In this document: in pieces, positions 42,836 to 50,424 of the stretch | Numbering within the stretch: position 1 is the first letter of the stretch | Layout of the letters: each line of letters starts with the position of its first letter | Source of the DNA: a virus | Taxonomy: Duplodnaviria; Caudoviricetes | IMG/VR virus record: IMGVR_UViG_3300031920_000245 | Span: 1-58,100 of that record | Strand: one strand, 5' to 3' | DNA: 58,100 nucleotides | The notes under the pieces: generated by a model | What the model was told of the DNA's origin: nothing | Seen by the model: the letters and a program-made list of their open reading frames with translations, nothing else | Database searches by the model: none | Translations under genes and position numbers: made by a program

Positions 42836-42862
42836 TGTAACCTTTTATATCTTTGCAACGTA
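42836..42862 (+). promoter_or_regulatory. TGTAAC-N17-CGTA promoter of tRNA operon 1
   Basis: TGTAAC 42836-42841, CGTA 42859-42862. Confidence 0.65.
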
Positions 42863-42912
42863 TTTAGTAATAAAGAAACAATTTATGTTTAAAGATATTA
42901 GAATTTAGAACA

Positions 42913-42969
42913 ATGAAAAGAATAATTAACATACAACCGCAACCGCAACATCAACCAATATTTGGTTAG
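42913..42969 (+). CDS. Attenuator leader peptide 1, MKRIINIQPQPQHQPIFG
   Basis: Codon run CAA CCG CAA CCG CAA CAT CAA CCA; followed by antiterminator, terminator and tRNA-Pro, Pro, His, Gln. Confidence 0.85.
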   Translation: MKRIINIQPQPQHQPIFG

Positions 42970-43057
42970 TTGAACGGGAATGTTATGTGTTAAATATATA
43001 TTAACTTAAAATAAAACAGGACCTCCGTTCAATAAAATGAACGGGGGTTTTTTATTT
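42970..43057 (+). terminator. Attenuator 1: antiterminator plus intrinsic terminator
   Basis: Terminator ACCTCCGTTCA-ataaaa-TGAACGGGGGT-TTTTT at 43021-43057; TTGAACGG at 42970 is complementary to its 5' arm CCGTTCAA. Confidence 0.85.
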
Positions 43058-43083
43058 AATAACAATTAAACAATTTAGAAAAA

Positions 43084-43218
43084 ATGGGAATTCCGAGAAA
43101 CAAAGAACAAAATTTAAAAAGACTAAAAAACCGATTGAAAAAATTTGATGGCAATAACCAAAAAATGGCTGACAAAATAAAAGTTAAAATCAAAATGGTT
43201 GAAAGTCAAAAAGGTTAA
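43084..43218 (+). CDS. 44-aa basic protein
   Basis: MGIPRNKEQNLKRLKNRLKKFDGNNQKMADKIKVKIKMVESQKG, not in the ORF track. Confidence 0.55.
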   Translation: MGIPRNKEQNLKRLKNRLKKFDGNNQKMADKIKVKIKMVESQKG

Positions 43219-43226
43219 GTAAAGAT

Positions 43227-43303
43227 CGAGTAGTTGGGGAGTCAGGTCACCCCGCCACATTTGGGATGTGGAGAACTCGCAGGTTCGAATCCTGCCTACT
43301 CGA
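43227..43303 (+). tRNA. tRNA-Pro(UGG)
   Basis: Acceptor CGAGTAG/CTACTCG; anticodon arm CCACA-TTTGGGA-TGTGG. Confidence 0.92.
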
Positions 43304-43311
43304 CTAAATAT

Positions 43312-43386
43312 ATGGGTGTTCCGCAGATGGATATACGGACATGTTTTGGGGACATGTGTTCGTGGGTTCGAATCCCACTACCCATA
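43312..43386 (+). tRNA. tRNA-Pro(UGG), second copy
   Basis: ATGGGTG/TACCCAT; CATGT-TTTGGGG-ACATG; GTGGG-TTCGAAT-CCCAC. Confidence 0.85.
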
Positions 43387-43512
43387 CAATAATTAGTTAC
43401 CCTGCTTGTTCCGTGTGGGGTTATAAAAATACATTAATTAACGGAACTCATGATGGAGTCCTTGCCAAGAAAGTAGGATAAAGATGTTATAATGTTGACT
43501 AATTATATATAT

Positions 43513-43584
43513 GGTGTTTGAAGCATTAATGTGATGTGCATGACTGTGGATCATGAGAAGACGGTTCAATACCGTCCTTACACC
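43513..43584 (+). tRNA. tRNA-His(GUG)
   Basis: CATGA-CTGTGGA-TCATG; G-1:C73; two U-U mismatches in the acceptor stem. Confidence 0.78.
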
Positions 43585-43600
43585 CAAAATTTTTAAAGTT

Positions 43601-43747
43601 ATGGGAAAAATTAGAGTTGGAAATAAAGAAAATGCTATTCTAAACCGTGAATGGGGTGGACATGTGAAAAGTTGGTGTAAAAAATACACAGCTAAAACAC
43701 GTAGAAATCTTAATCAACGAATTATAAGAGAAGCAATGTTTGATTAA
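43601..43747 (+). CDS. 48-aa basic protein
   Basis: MGKIRVGNKENAILNREWGGHVKSWCKKYTAKTRRNLNQRIIREAMFD. Confidence 0.55.
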   Translation: MGKIRVGNKENAILNREWGGHVKSWCKKYTAKTRRNLNQRIIREAMFD

Positions 43748-43754
43748 ATTATAT

Positions 43755-43825
43755 TGACCTATGGTGTAATGGTAGCACAGGTGATTTTGGTTCACCCGGT
43801 CAAGGTTCGAATCCTTGTAGGTCAG
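43755..43825 (+). tRNA. tRNA-Gln(UUG)
   Basis: TGACCTA/TAGGTCA; GGTGA-TTTTGGT-TCACC. Confidence 0.92.
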
Positions 43826-43865
43826 CAATTTTTTTATTTCATATGTTTTTATTACCTTTACCCCT

Positions 43866-44249
43866 ATGAGAAAATACAATTTATTCCTCGATGATTTTAG
43901 ATCATTAGCTGATGCACATTCATATACATTTGAAATGCTTTATGCTACAAAAAAATGGGAAATAGTTCGTTCCTATGATGAATTCGTTAAATATATTGAA
44001 GAGAATGGTCTACCTGAAATGATTTCCTTCGACCACGATCTCGCTGACGAACATTATGATTACCAAAAAGAGATTAATTACGATCAAGTAGAAAAAACAG
44101 GATACCATTGTGCTAAATGGTTAATTAATTATTGTCTTGATAATAAATTAGATGTTCCGGATAAAATATTAATTCATTCAGCAAATACTGTTGGTTCTCT
44201 AAATATAAAATCATTATTTGACACTTATTGGAAAGTTTACGGTAAATAA
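43866..44249 (+). CDS. Cyclic-phosphate-processing receiver-domain protein
   Basis: LFLDDFR, ISFDHDL, TGYHCAKWL, IHSANTVG motifs. Confidence 0.8.
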   Translation: MRKYNLFLDDFRSLADAHSYTFEMLYATKKWEIVRSYDEFVKYIEENGLPEMISFDHDLADEHYDYQKEINYDQVEKTGYHCAKWLINYCLDNKLDVPDKILIHSANTVGSLNIKSLFDTYWKVYGK

Positions 44250-44260
44250 AACATAAAATT

Positions 44261-44512
44261 ATGATACCAGATTACGAAGAAGAACATAGAATAGATCAAG
44301 CTAATAAAGCATATGAATTGTTTGAAAGATTTTTAGAATCACATGACGGTAAAAGAATATTCCCTGAACATAAGGAATTACTTGATTATTTTTTATTGAA
44401 AGAATTACATATTGACGAATTAAAAGAAAAAATTCACCAATATGAAAGTTTCTTTAATACCTTAAAAGGTTTTTTACCTCGTGATTTTTCGATTCATGAT
44501 AAATTAAGTTAA
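44261..44512 (+). CDS. Hypothetical protein
   Basis: 83-aa ORF. Confidence 0.5.
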   Translation: MIPDYEEEHRIDQANKAYELFERFLESHDGKRIFPEHKELLDYFLLKELHIDELKEKIHQYESFFNTLKGFLPRDFSIHDKLS

Positions 44513-45265
44513 TTACCTCCTACCCCCTGAATAAGTTCTACTTCCGGTACTTCTTGTTGTTGTCGAACTTCTACCACTACCATTGTTGGACCTACTTGAG
44601 ATCGATGGTCTACTTGTTGTATTTCTATATATATTTGTCGGTCTTGTTGTACTTGTTGAAGTACGTGAATAAGTACTTGGGCGTGTACTACTATTTGTGG
44701 TAGTTCTATTATAATTAGAAGGTCTTGTTGACGTTCTTGTATTGTTATATACTGGTTTCATTGATGTTGTTCTTGAATATGTTGGTCCTGAAGTTCGTGA
44801 ATAAGTACTTGGACGTGTAGTTGATCTTGATGTATACGTATTATCATGGTTAGAAGTATACGTATTGTGATGAGAATAACGATTTCCTTGATTATATTTA
44901 TAATATGGTCCGTAATGATACGATATGGAACGATAATGATACGGATTATAATGACAATAGTAATTTCTTGGATAATGATAGCTATAATGATATGGTCTAT
45001 AACGATAATATGAATAATAATTTGATGGATATACGTAGCCAAAACTTACAATATAACGAACTTTTGGCTGACTATAGGATTCGTTATTATAATAATTATT
45101 AGTCACATAAGTATTATTTACAGCATCATTTACTGTATCATTTACAACCTCACTTACAGCATCATTTTCTTTATGTAATCTATATTTTTCGTAATTAGAT
45201 AATTCTTGTGCAAACATTTGTGTCACGAATATAATCCCGGTTAATATTAAATATAATTTTTTCAT
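44513..45265 (-). CDS. Secreted low-complexity protein (Tyr/His-rich, then RPSTYSRT repeats)
   Basis: Signal peptide ending MFA-Q; tail ending SGGRR, Bacteroidetes-like. Confidence 0.65.
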   Translation of the reverse strand: MKKLYLILTGIIFVTQMFAQELSNYEKYRLHKENDAVSEVVNDTVNDAVNNTYVTNNYYNNESYSQPKVRYIVSFGYVYPSNYYSYYRYRPYHYSYHYPRNYYCHYNPYHYRSISYHYGPYYKYNQGNRYSHHNTYTSNHDNTYTSRSTTRPSTYSRTSGPTYSRTTSMKPVYNNTRTSTRPSNYNRTTTNSSTRPSTYSRTSTSTTRPTNIYRNTTSRPSISSRSNNGSGRSSTTTRSTGSRTYSGGRR

Positions 45266-45349
45266 AGTAGTTTTGTTTTTAATATAAATACAATTATCAT
45301 ACCAAGTCTTTAATTAAAAATTATGTATTTATATAAAATATTGGTTATT

Positions 45350-46009
45350 ATGAAAAAACAAACAGATAAGGAATTATTATTCGAAAGAATGCATAAAGTT
45401 AGTGGTATGCCACTAAATGAAAATTTTAAACAAGCTGAAGAATTCACACCACATGGTACATACACTGTTTCAAATAGTGGTGGATATGAAATAATGTTAA
45501 ACGATTCTGGTGATGGTGCAAAGGTTCGTGATGCATATGATTCAGATAATCCAAAAACCTCAGATTGGTTAGAAATAGAACATGTTACTGGTGAAGATGG
45601 TGAATTAGAACCTGTTATCGACCCTAATGGATATAATATTCCATTGAATCAGGTGATGAGAGTTAATGAAGATGATGATAAAGTTACTGCTGCTGATGAT
45701 AGTGAACCTGAAGAAACCGAAGCATGGCAAGGTGGAATCTCAGTGGATGAAGATGATATAAATGAAGATAGTTCTAGTGAAACACCAATTCATAAATGGG
45801 TAATGTTTGCATTTAATTATCCTCATGGTTTTATTGAAGAAGTTTGGGCAGATGCTGGTGAATCAACAATAAATCATTTATCATCTAAATTTTCATCTTT
45901 ATACAATAGGGTTGGTTCAAGTTCAGTTATAAATAAATTTTATACTGAATTAGATGCTGGTAATCAAGCAAAATTAGAGAATTGGGTTATGGAAAACTAT
46001 CAAGGATAA
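45350..46009 (+). CDS. Acidic protein with KxTDKELLFERM N-terminus
   Basis: Start ATG 45350 after GTATTTATA at 45325. Confidence 0.65.
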   Translation: MKKQTDKELLFERMHKVSGMPLNENFKQAEEFTPHGTYTVSNSGGYEIMLNDSGDGAKVRDAYDSDNPKTSDWLEIEHVTGEDGELEPVIDPNGYNIPLNQVMRVNEDDDKVTAADDSEPEETEAWQGGISVDEDDINEDSSSETPIHKWVMFAFNYPHGFIEEVWADAGESTINHLSSKFSSLYNRVGSSSVINKFYTELDAGNQAKLENWVMENYQG

Positions 46010-46049
46010 AAAATAATTCACTTTTTTTGTAACATTTAAAATAAAAAAT

Positions 46050-46535
46050 ATGAAAAAGAAAACAGATAAAGAACTTCTTTTTGAAAGAATGGAAATAGTT
46101 AATCCTGACTTTAATAAACCCGAATTAGCTGAAGTATCTGATAAAAACATTCCAATTAATATGTATAGAAAATTATATTTATTGGCGAAAGATACTACTG
46201 GTGAATTATTAAAAGAATTTGAGACATTATTAAATTTTCTATTTAATGGACAAACACCACCACATATTATAACATCACTTTCAATATCTAATTCTCCAGA
46301 TGAATTCATGCGTAATGTGGCTAGTTTTGAGGGATTAAACGAGAATGATATATTAGAAGAATTGGAAGAAGATATTGGTGGTACAAAAGATGCTGAATAT
46401 AGAAGAACCATTCAATTATTTGAAGAAATATATAAAAATAAAGGTCTTTATTATGCTTTAGCTTTACTCTATGATAGTCAATATGATAGAGAAGATATTA
46501 AGAATATGATGGAACTTATTTATCCAAAAAAATAA
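46050..46535 (+). CDS. Protein with KxTDKELLFERM N-terminus
   Basis: First 14 aa nearly identical to the previous gene. Confidence 0.65.
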   Translation: MKKKTDKELLFERMEIVNPDFNKPELAEVSDKNIPINMYRKLYLLAKDTTGELLKEFETLLNFLFNGQTPPHIITSLSISNSPDEFMRNVASFEGLNENDILEELEEDIGGTKDAEYRRTIQLFEEIYKNKGLYYALALLYDSQYDREDIKNMMELIYPKK

Positions 46536-46552
46536 AAATAATTCACTTTTTT

Positions 46553-46578
46553 TGTAACATTTAATATTTATATACGTA
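46553..46578 (+). promoter_or_regulatory. TGTAAC-N16-CGTA promoter of tRNA operon 2
   Basis: TGTAAC 46553-46558, CGTA 46575-46578; GTATTTATA also at 46596. Confidence 0.65.
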
Positions 46579-46623
46579 TATTTGCATAGAAGATTGTATT
46601 TATAAAAAATAAAACACGATAAA

Positions 46624-46734
46624 ATGAAAAATTTAATGGACATAATGTTAATTTCTGCACTCGTTGCCTTATTATGGGCAGATAACGATGTGGATGAACT
46701 ATGTTCAGTCGGGTTTAATAAATTAAGATGTTAA
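46624..46734 (+). CDS. Attenuator leader peptide 2, MKNLMDIMLISALVALLWADNDVDELCSVGFNKLRC
   Basis: Core ALVALLWADNDVDEL matches downstream tRNA identities; contains antiterminator AGTCGGGTTT at 46707-46716. Confidence 0.8.
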   Translation: MKNLMDIMLISALVALLWADNDVDELCSVGFNKLRC

Positions 46735-46755
46735 CTAAGCTAACTTTTTAAATAG

Positions 46756-46795
46756 AAAAACCCGACTTGAGTAATTAAGTCGGGTTTTTTGTTTT
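46756..46795 (+). terminator. Attenuator 2 terminator
   Basis: AAAAACCCGACTTGA-gtaa-TTAAGTCGGGTTTTTT-GTTTT. Confidence 0.88.
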
Positions 46796-46933
46796 ATATA
46801 AGTAATTGTTCTTTGACGTATTGGGAAATTAAAATGGTGTTCAAGTTATCTGGATAATCCAGATGGGTTGAATATTAAACATAATTAAGGGTTATTATAT
46901 CGAATAATTTTCGTAAATTCGAACCCTTAATAT

Positions 46934-47010
46934 GGTCTACGGGGCTGCTAGGTGTGGCTGCCGGACTGTCACTCCGGAGATTCAGATGGGTTCGAACCCC
47001 ATGTAGACCG
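46934..47010 (+). tRNA. tRNA-Asp(GUC)
   Basis: GGTCTAC/GTAGACC; CCGGA-CTGTCAC-TCCGG; G73. Confidence 0.88.
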
Positions 47011-47052
47011 CTTTTTTACATATTGACAGTATTTATATTAAATATAAATTTT

Positions 47053-47754
47053 ATGAAAAGTAAAAGATATGAAAAAGAATTTTTTAGTCAAATAGTTAAA
47101 CATTCACATAATCTAACAGACATTGCTGAAAAATTAAATTTAAAACCACATTGTGGTAATAGAGATACAATAAAAAAATATATTAACATATATAGATTAG
47201 ATACATCACATTTTAGAGTAAGATATGAATTAAGAATAAAAAGGAAAATCCCATTATCTGAAATAATGATAAGTGGATCAACATATTCAACAACTAATTT
47301 AAAAGAAAGATTATATGATGAGGGTTTAAAAGAAAGAGAATGTGAGAAATGTGGACAAGGGGAAATATGGTATGGTGATAATATGTCTTTAATTCTTGAC
47401 CATATTAATGGGGATAGTAGTGATCATAGGTTTGAAAATCTTCGTATATTATGTCCAAATTGTAATGCAACATTACCAACACATGGTGGTAAAAATAAAA
47501 GAAATAAAAAATATTATTATTATAATGATTCTAATCAATATTGCAATTGTGGTAATAAAAAAAATAATAAAGCAGAATTGTGTAAAAAATGTAATGATAT
47601 TAATATTAGAAAAGTAAAGAGACCTACATATAATCAATTAATTAAAGAAATTAAAGAAACATCGTATTGTGCTGTAGGTAGAAAATATAATGTTAGTGAT
47701 AATACAATAAGAAAATGGATAAAGTTTTATGAAAATAATAATACACCCTCGTAG
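47053..47754 (+). CDS. HNH homing endonuclease
   Basis: CEKC...LDHINGDSSDHRFENLRILCPNCNA; C-terminal HTH; likely start ATG 47053. Confidence 0.9.
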   Translation: MKSKRYEKEFFSQIVKHSHNLTDIAEKLNLKPHCGNRDTIKKYINIYRLDTSHFRVRYELRIKRKIPLSEIMISGSTYSTTNLKERLYDEGLKERECEKCGQGEIWYGDNMSLILDHINGDSSDHRFENLRILCPNCNATLPTHGGKNKRNKKYYYYNDSNQYCNCGNKKNNKAELCKKCNDINIRKVKRPTYNQLIKEIKETSYCAVGRKYNVSDNTIRKWIKFYENNNTPS

Positions 47755-47818
47755 TTCAGTCGGTTAGAATATAAGCCTGTCACGCTTAAGGTCGCCCGTT
47801 CGAGTCGGGTCGGGGGTG
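47745..47818 (+). tRNA. tRNA-Asp(GUC), second copy
   Basis: ACCCTCG/CGGGGGT; TAAGC-CTGTCAC-GCTTA. Confidence 0.9.
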
Positions 47819-47827
47819 CAGACAAAT

Positions 47828-47900
47828 ACTCCTATAACTCAGTTGGTAGAGTGCTTGTGTTACATACAAGATGTCATCGGTTCAAGTCCGGTTGGGAGTA
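47828..47900 (+). tRNA. tRNA-Val(UAC)
   Basis: ACTCCTA/TGGGAGT; CTTGT-GTTACAT-ACAAG. Confidence 0.88.
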
Positions 47901-47940
47901 CAATTCGATTTTTCCAGACACGTCTGGAATATTCAAAAAT

Positions 47941-48012
47941 GCTGCGTTAGTGAAGTGGTTATCACGTCAGACTTTCAATCTGGAGTCGGGAGTTCAATTC
48001 TCCTACGCAGTA
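47941..48012 (+). tRNA. tRNA-Glu(UUC)
   Basis: GCTGCGT/ACGCAGT; TCAGA-CTTTCAA-TCTGG. Confidence 0.88.
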
Positions 48013-48109
48013 CAAATTTTTTATTGGTACAAAATTAACAAAAGAGTTAGTATTTAATATAAATGATAAAAAAAGATGTTTTTATTGGTATAAAACTAAC
48101 AAATTATAT

Positions 48110-48181
48110 GGCGCATTCTTCTAACGGCTAGGAAATCGGGTTTTCATCCCGGCAATGGGGGTTCGATTCCCCCATGCGTTA
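48110..48181 (+). tRNA. tRNA-Glu(UUC), second copy
   Basis: GGCGCAT/ATGCGTT; TCGGG-TTTTCAT-CCCGG. Confidence 0.88.
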
Positions 48182-48631
48182 CAATGTTTCTTCTTCTTTC
48201 TTACCATGATCACCCATATAAGAAAGATGGAAGAAACAACTATAAAGTGTCCACATAAACAATAAATTAAGTATCATTTCCATAGGATTTGCGATTATTA
48301 ATCTCCAAGATACTTCAAGTGAGAACATTGGTAAGCTAAGAAAACATAATATCCAAATTGTTTTAAATGTGTGCCATAAATCTGTCGTAAAGACCAAAAC
48401 TGATTTAAATATTGGGGTTAATATTTTTTTAAATATTTCAGGTATGTTTTTATCATCTAAAAAATATTTATTTTTATGACTTACTGCGGGATTTGCCCAT
48501 TGTTGGAATTTTTCGTTTTTAATTCTAGACCAGTATGTTTTTTTATATTTATGTCTAATTTTATCAGACATTCCATTAAAAAAACCACCGATAGCAATTA
48601 AAATATATGGTGTTAAAATATAAAGTATCAT
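48179..48631 (-). CDS. Membrane protein antisense to the tRNA array
   Basis: Hydrophobic segments, TDLWH motif; late motif at 48637. Confidence 0.6.
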   Translation of the reverse strand: MILYILTPYILIAIGGFFNGMSDKIRHKYKKTYWSRIKNEKFQQWANPAVSHKNKYFLDDKNIPEIFKKILTPIFKSVLVFTTDLWHTFKTIWILCFLSLPMFSLEVSWRLIIANPMEMILNLLFMWTLYSCFFHLSYMGDHGKKEEETL

Positions 48632-48677
48632 TTAAACATAAATACTATTTATTTAATACAAATAAAATATATTTGAT

Positions 48678-48926
48678 ATGGATTTAGAAAATAAAATTGA
48701 AAAATTAGAACAGGAAAATGATGATCTTAAAGATCAATTATTTGAATTACAAACAAATTTAAAATATTCTCGTGAAAATGATTTACGTGATTTTCTTAGA
48801 ACATTATACAGGGAAATTAATGAAGAAATTGAAGATGATGAAAGTAAATTATCAAAAGAAGATATATTAAAGAATATGAAAAAATATATTTCTGTTTTTT
48901 CTGAAAAATATAATCTACCACTATAA
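48678..48926 (+). CDS. Hypothetical coiled-coil protein
   Basis: 82-aa ORF. Confidence 0.55.
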   Translation: MDLENKIEKLEQENDDLKDQLFELQTNLKYSRENDLRDFLRTLYREINEEIEDDESKLSKEDILKNMKKYISVFSEKYNLPL

Positions 48927-48934
48927 TTTAATAT

Positions 48935-49012
48935 TGTCGCATAGCTCAGTAGGTTCAGAGCACTTGGTTTACACCCAAGGGGTCGTGGGTTCGAATCCCT
49001 CTGCGATAACCA
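48935..49012 (+). tRNA. tRNA-Val(UAC), second copy, CCA encoded
   Basis: TGTCGCA/TGCGATA-ACCA; CTTGG-TTTACAC-CCAAG. Confidence 0.9.
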
Positions 49013-49103
49013 CATTTATCGGTAAATATATCGATAAACTACATTTATCGGGTTTAGAGTCGATAAATTATTTAAAGTGGTCAAATATAACCACTTTAAA
49101 CAC

Positions 49104-49185
49104 CCCCTTGTGGTGGAATTGGTAGACACGCATGATTTAGGATCATGTGCCGTAAGGCATGAGAGTTCGAGTCTCTCCAAGGGGA
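49104..49185 (+). tRNA. tRNA-Leu(UAG)
   Basis: CCCCTTG/CAAGGGG; CATGA-TTTAGGA-TCATG; long variable arm. Confidence 0.92.
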
Positions 49186-49259
49186 CAAGCTTAATCGGGG
49201 TAACGATAGTAAGTTCCCGACACTTAGAGGTGAAATTATAGTTTACCATAAGCACGTAT

Positions 49260-49334
49260 GGGGCAGTAGCATAGTCTGGCTAATGCGTTTGTTTTGCAAG
49301 CAAAAGATCGCTGGTTCAAATCCAGTCTGTTCCA
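49260..49334 (+). tRNA. tRNA-Ala(UGC)
   Basis: GGGGCAG/CTGTTCC with G3:U70; TTTGT-TTTGCAA-GCAAA. Confidence 0.88.
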
Positions 49335-49383
49335 CAAGTAGAAATAGGTTTTCGTGCGGTTTTCCTCAAATAAACCAAACTAT

Positions 49384-49465
49384 GGGAACGTGGTGGAATT
49401 GGTATACACGATAGTTTAAGGAGCTATTACTTTACAGTGTGAGGGTTCGAGTCCCTCCGTTCTCA
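49384..49465 (+). tRNA. tRNA-Leu(AAG)
   Basis: GGGAACG/CGTTCTC; Leu-type D arm; ATAGT-TTAAGGA-GCTAT. Confidence 0.82.
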
Positions 49466-49541
49466 CAAATTTACATCAGTTAGGTCTAATCTTTCTATTA
49501 TTAATGGTAAATTAGACTAAACTGATGTAATTAGATTAAAT

Positions 49542-49626
49542 GGCGATGTGGTGGAATTGGTAGACACGCTGGACTTAAAATCCAGTGAGCATTACGCTCG
49601 TGGGGGTTCAAATCCCCCCATCGCTA
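49542..49626 (+). tRNA. tRNA-Leu(UAA)
   Basis: GGCGATG/CATCGCT; CTGGA-CTTAAAA-TCCAG. Confidence 0.93.
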
Positions 49627-49631
49627 CAAAT

Positions 49632-49705
49632 GGGGCATTAGCTCAGATGGCTAGAGCACCTCCCTTGCACGGAGGGGGTCGTGGGTTCGAGTCCCACATG
49701 TTCCA
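49632..49705 (+). tRNA. tRNA-Ala(UGC), second copy
   Basis: GGGGCAT/ATGTTCC; CCTCC-CTTGCAC-GGAGG. Confidence 0.93.
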
Positions 49706-49798
49706 CAAAATGAGTTGCACCTTGAATATTCATTAATTATTAGAGGACGATTAGGTTTGATATCAACTGAAAGATCGTTAATAATATTCTATTAAGGT

Positions 49799-49890
49799 TT
49801 GATCACTTTAATGGGTATGAATGTGATAATAGGATGGCGACCCTGTTTGAAAAGAACAGGATGTATAGGGTTCGATACCCTTGTGATTCA
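49799..49890 (+). pseudogene. Aberrant tRNA-like gene (possibly Phe-derived)
   Basis: T arm AGGG-TTCGATA-CCCT, GATCAC/GTGATT acceptor, hairpin CCTGTT-TGAAAAG-AACAGG; expanded non-canonical D region. Confidence 0.5.
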
Positions 49891-49939
49891 CAAAATTGTT
49901 TTTGGTAATATTCATCTATTTATAATAAAATACAATATT

Positions 49940-50419
49940 ATGATAGATCAAATAGACCAATATGTTTTCTTTTTTATAATGCAAGCAGTTTTCATATCAT
50001 ACGTGTTTTTCATTATGATTAAGTATGGAGTACAAAAATCAATTTCAGAAAGTTATTACGCATTACCACCTAAATTAAGACCATTATTTACTTTTTTCTG
50101 TTGGGGTTTTGCTTTCCCTGCAATTATTGTCGGAGATTCAGTATTAATGTTTTTTGCTGGTTCTGGTATTGCTTTTGTTGGTGCTGCATGTAATATGCAT
50201 GAAGAATTTGTGAGGAAAGTACATGTAACTGCAGCAATAATAGGAATAACATGTGCTCATTTGGCAATTATATTTAATTACGATATGTGGTGGCTTACTG
50301 CAGGATTTGTAATTATATCAATTCCAATAATAATATTTAATAAAAAAACATATATTTGGTGGATTGAATTATTATCTTTCATTTCAATAAGCGTTGCGTT
50401 AGGTACATCAATTTTCTAA
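49940..50419 (+). CDS. Multi-pass membrane protein
   Basis: Likely start 49940; SISESYY motif then about five hydrophobic helices. Confidence 0.7.
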   Translation: MIDQIDQYVFFFIMQAVFISYVFFIMIKYGVQKSISESYYALPPKLRPLFTFFCWGFAFPAIIVGDSVLMFFAGSGIAFVGAACNMHEEFVRKVHVTAAIIGITCAHLAIIFNYDMWWLTAGFVIISIPIIIFNKKTYIWWIELLSFISISVALGTSIF

Positions 50420-50424
50420 TACTT

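Noticed and set aside
42885-42908. Micro-ORF MFKDIRI as the attenuator leader
   Set aside because: No codon match to the downstream tRNAs and too far from the antiterminator; the ORF at 42913 fits better.
42836-43057. T-box riboswitch explanation for the tRNA leaders
   Set aside because: No T-box consensus (UGGNACC bulge) or specifier stem; the leaders are short ORFs with matching codon runs instead.
46954-47052. N-terminal extension of the HNH ORF given in the ORF track
   Set aside because: It overlaps tRNA-Asp; the ATG at 47053 is the more plausible start.
48018-48103. Mini CRISPR array
   Set aside because: Only two imperfect AT-rich repeats, no palindrome, no cas genes in the window.
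49104-49185. Amber suppressor tRNA
   Set aside because: Anticodon UAG reads the Leu codon CUA; a suppressor would need anticodon CUA.
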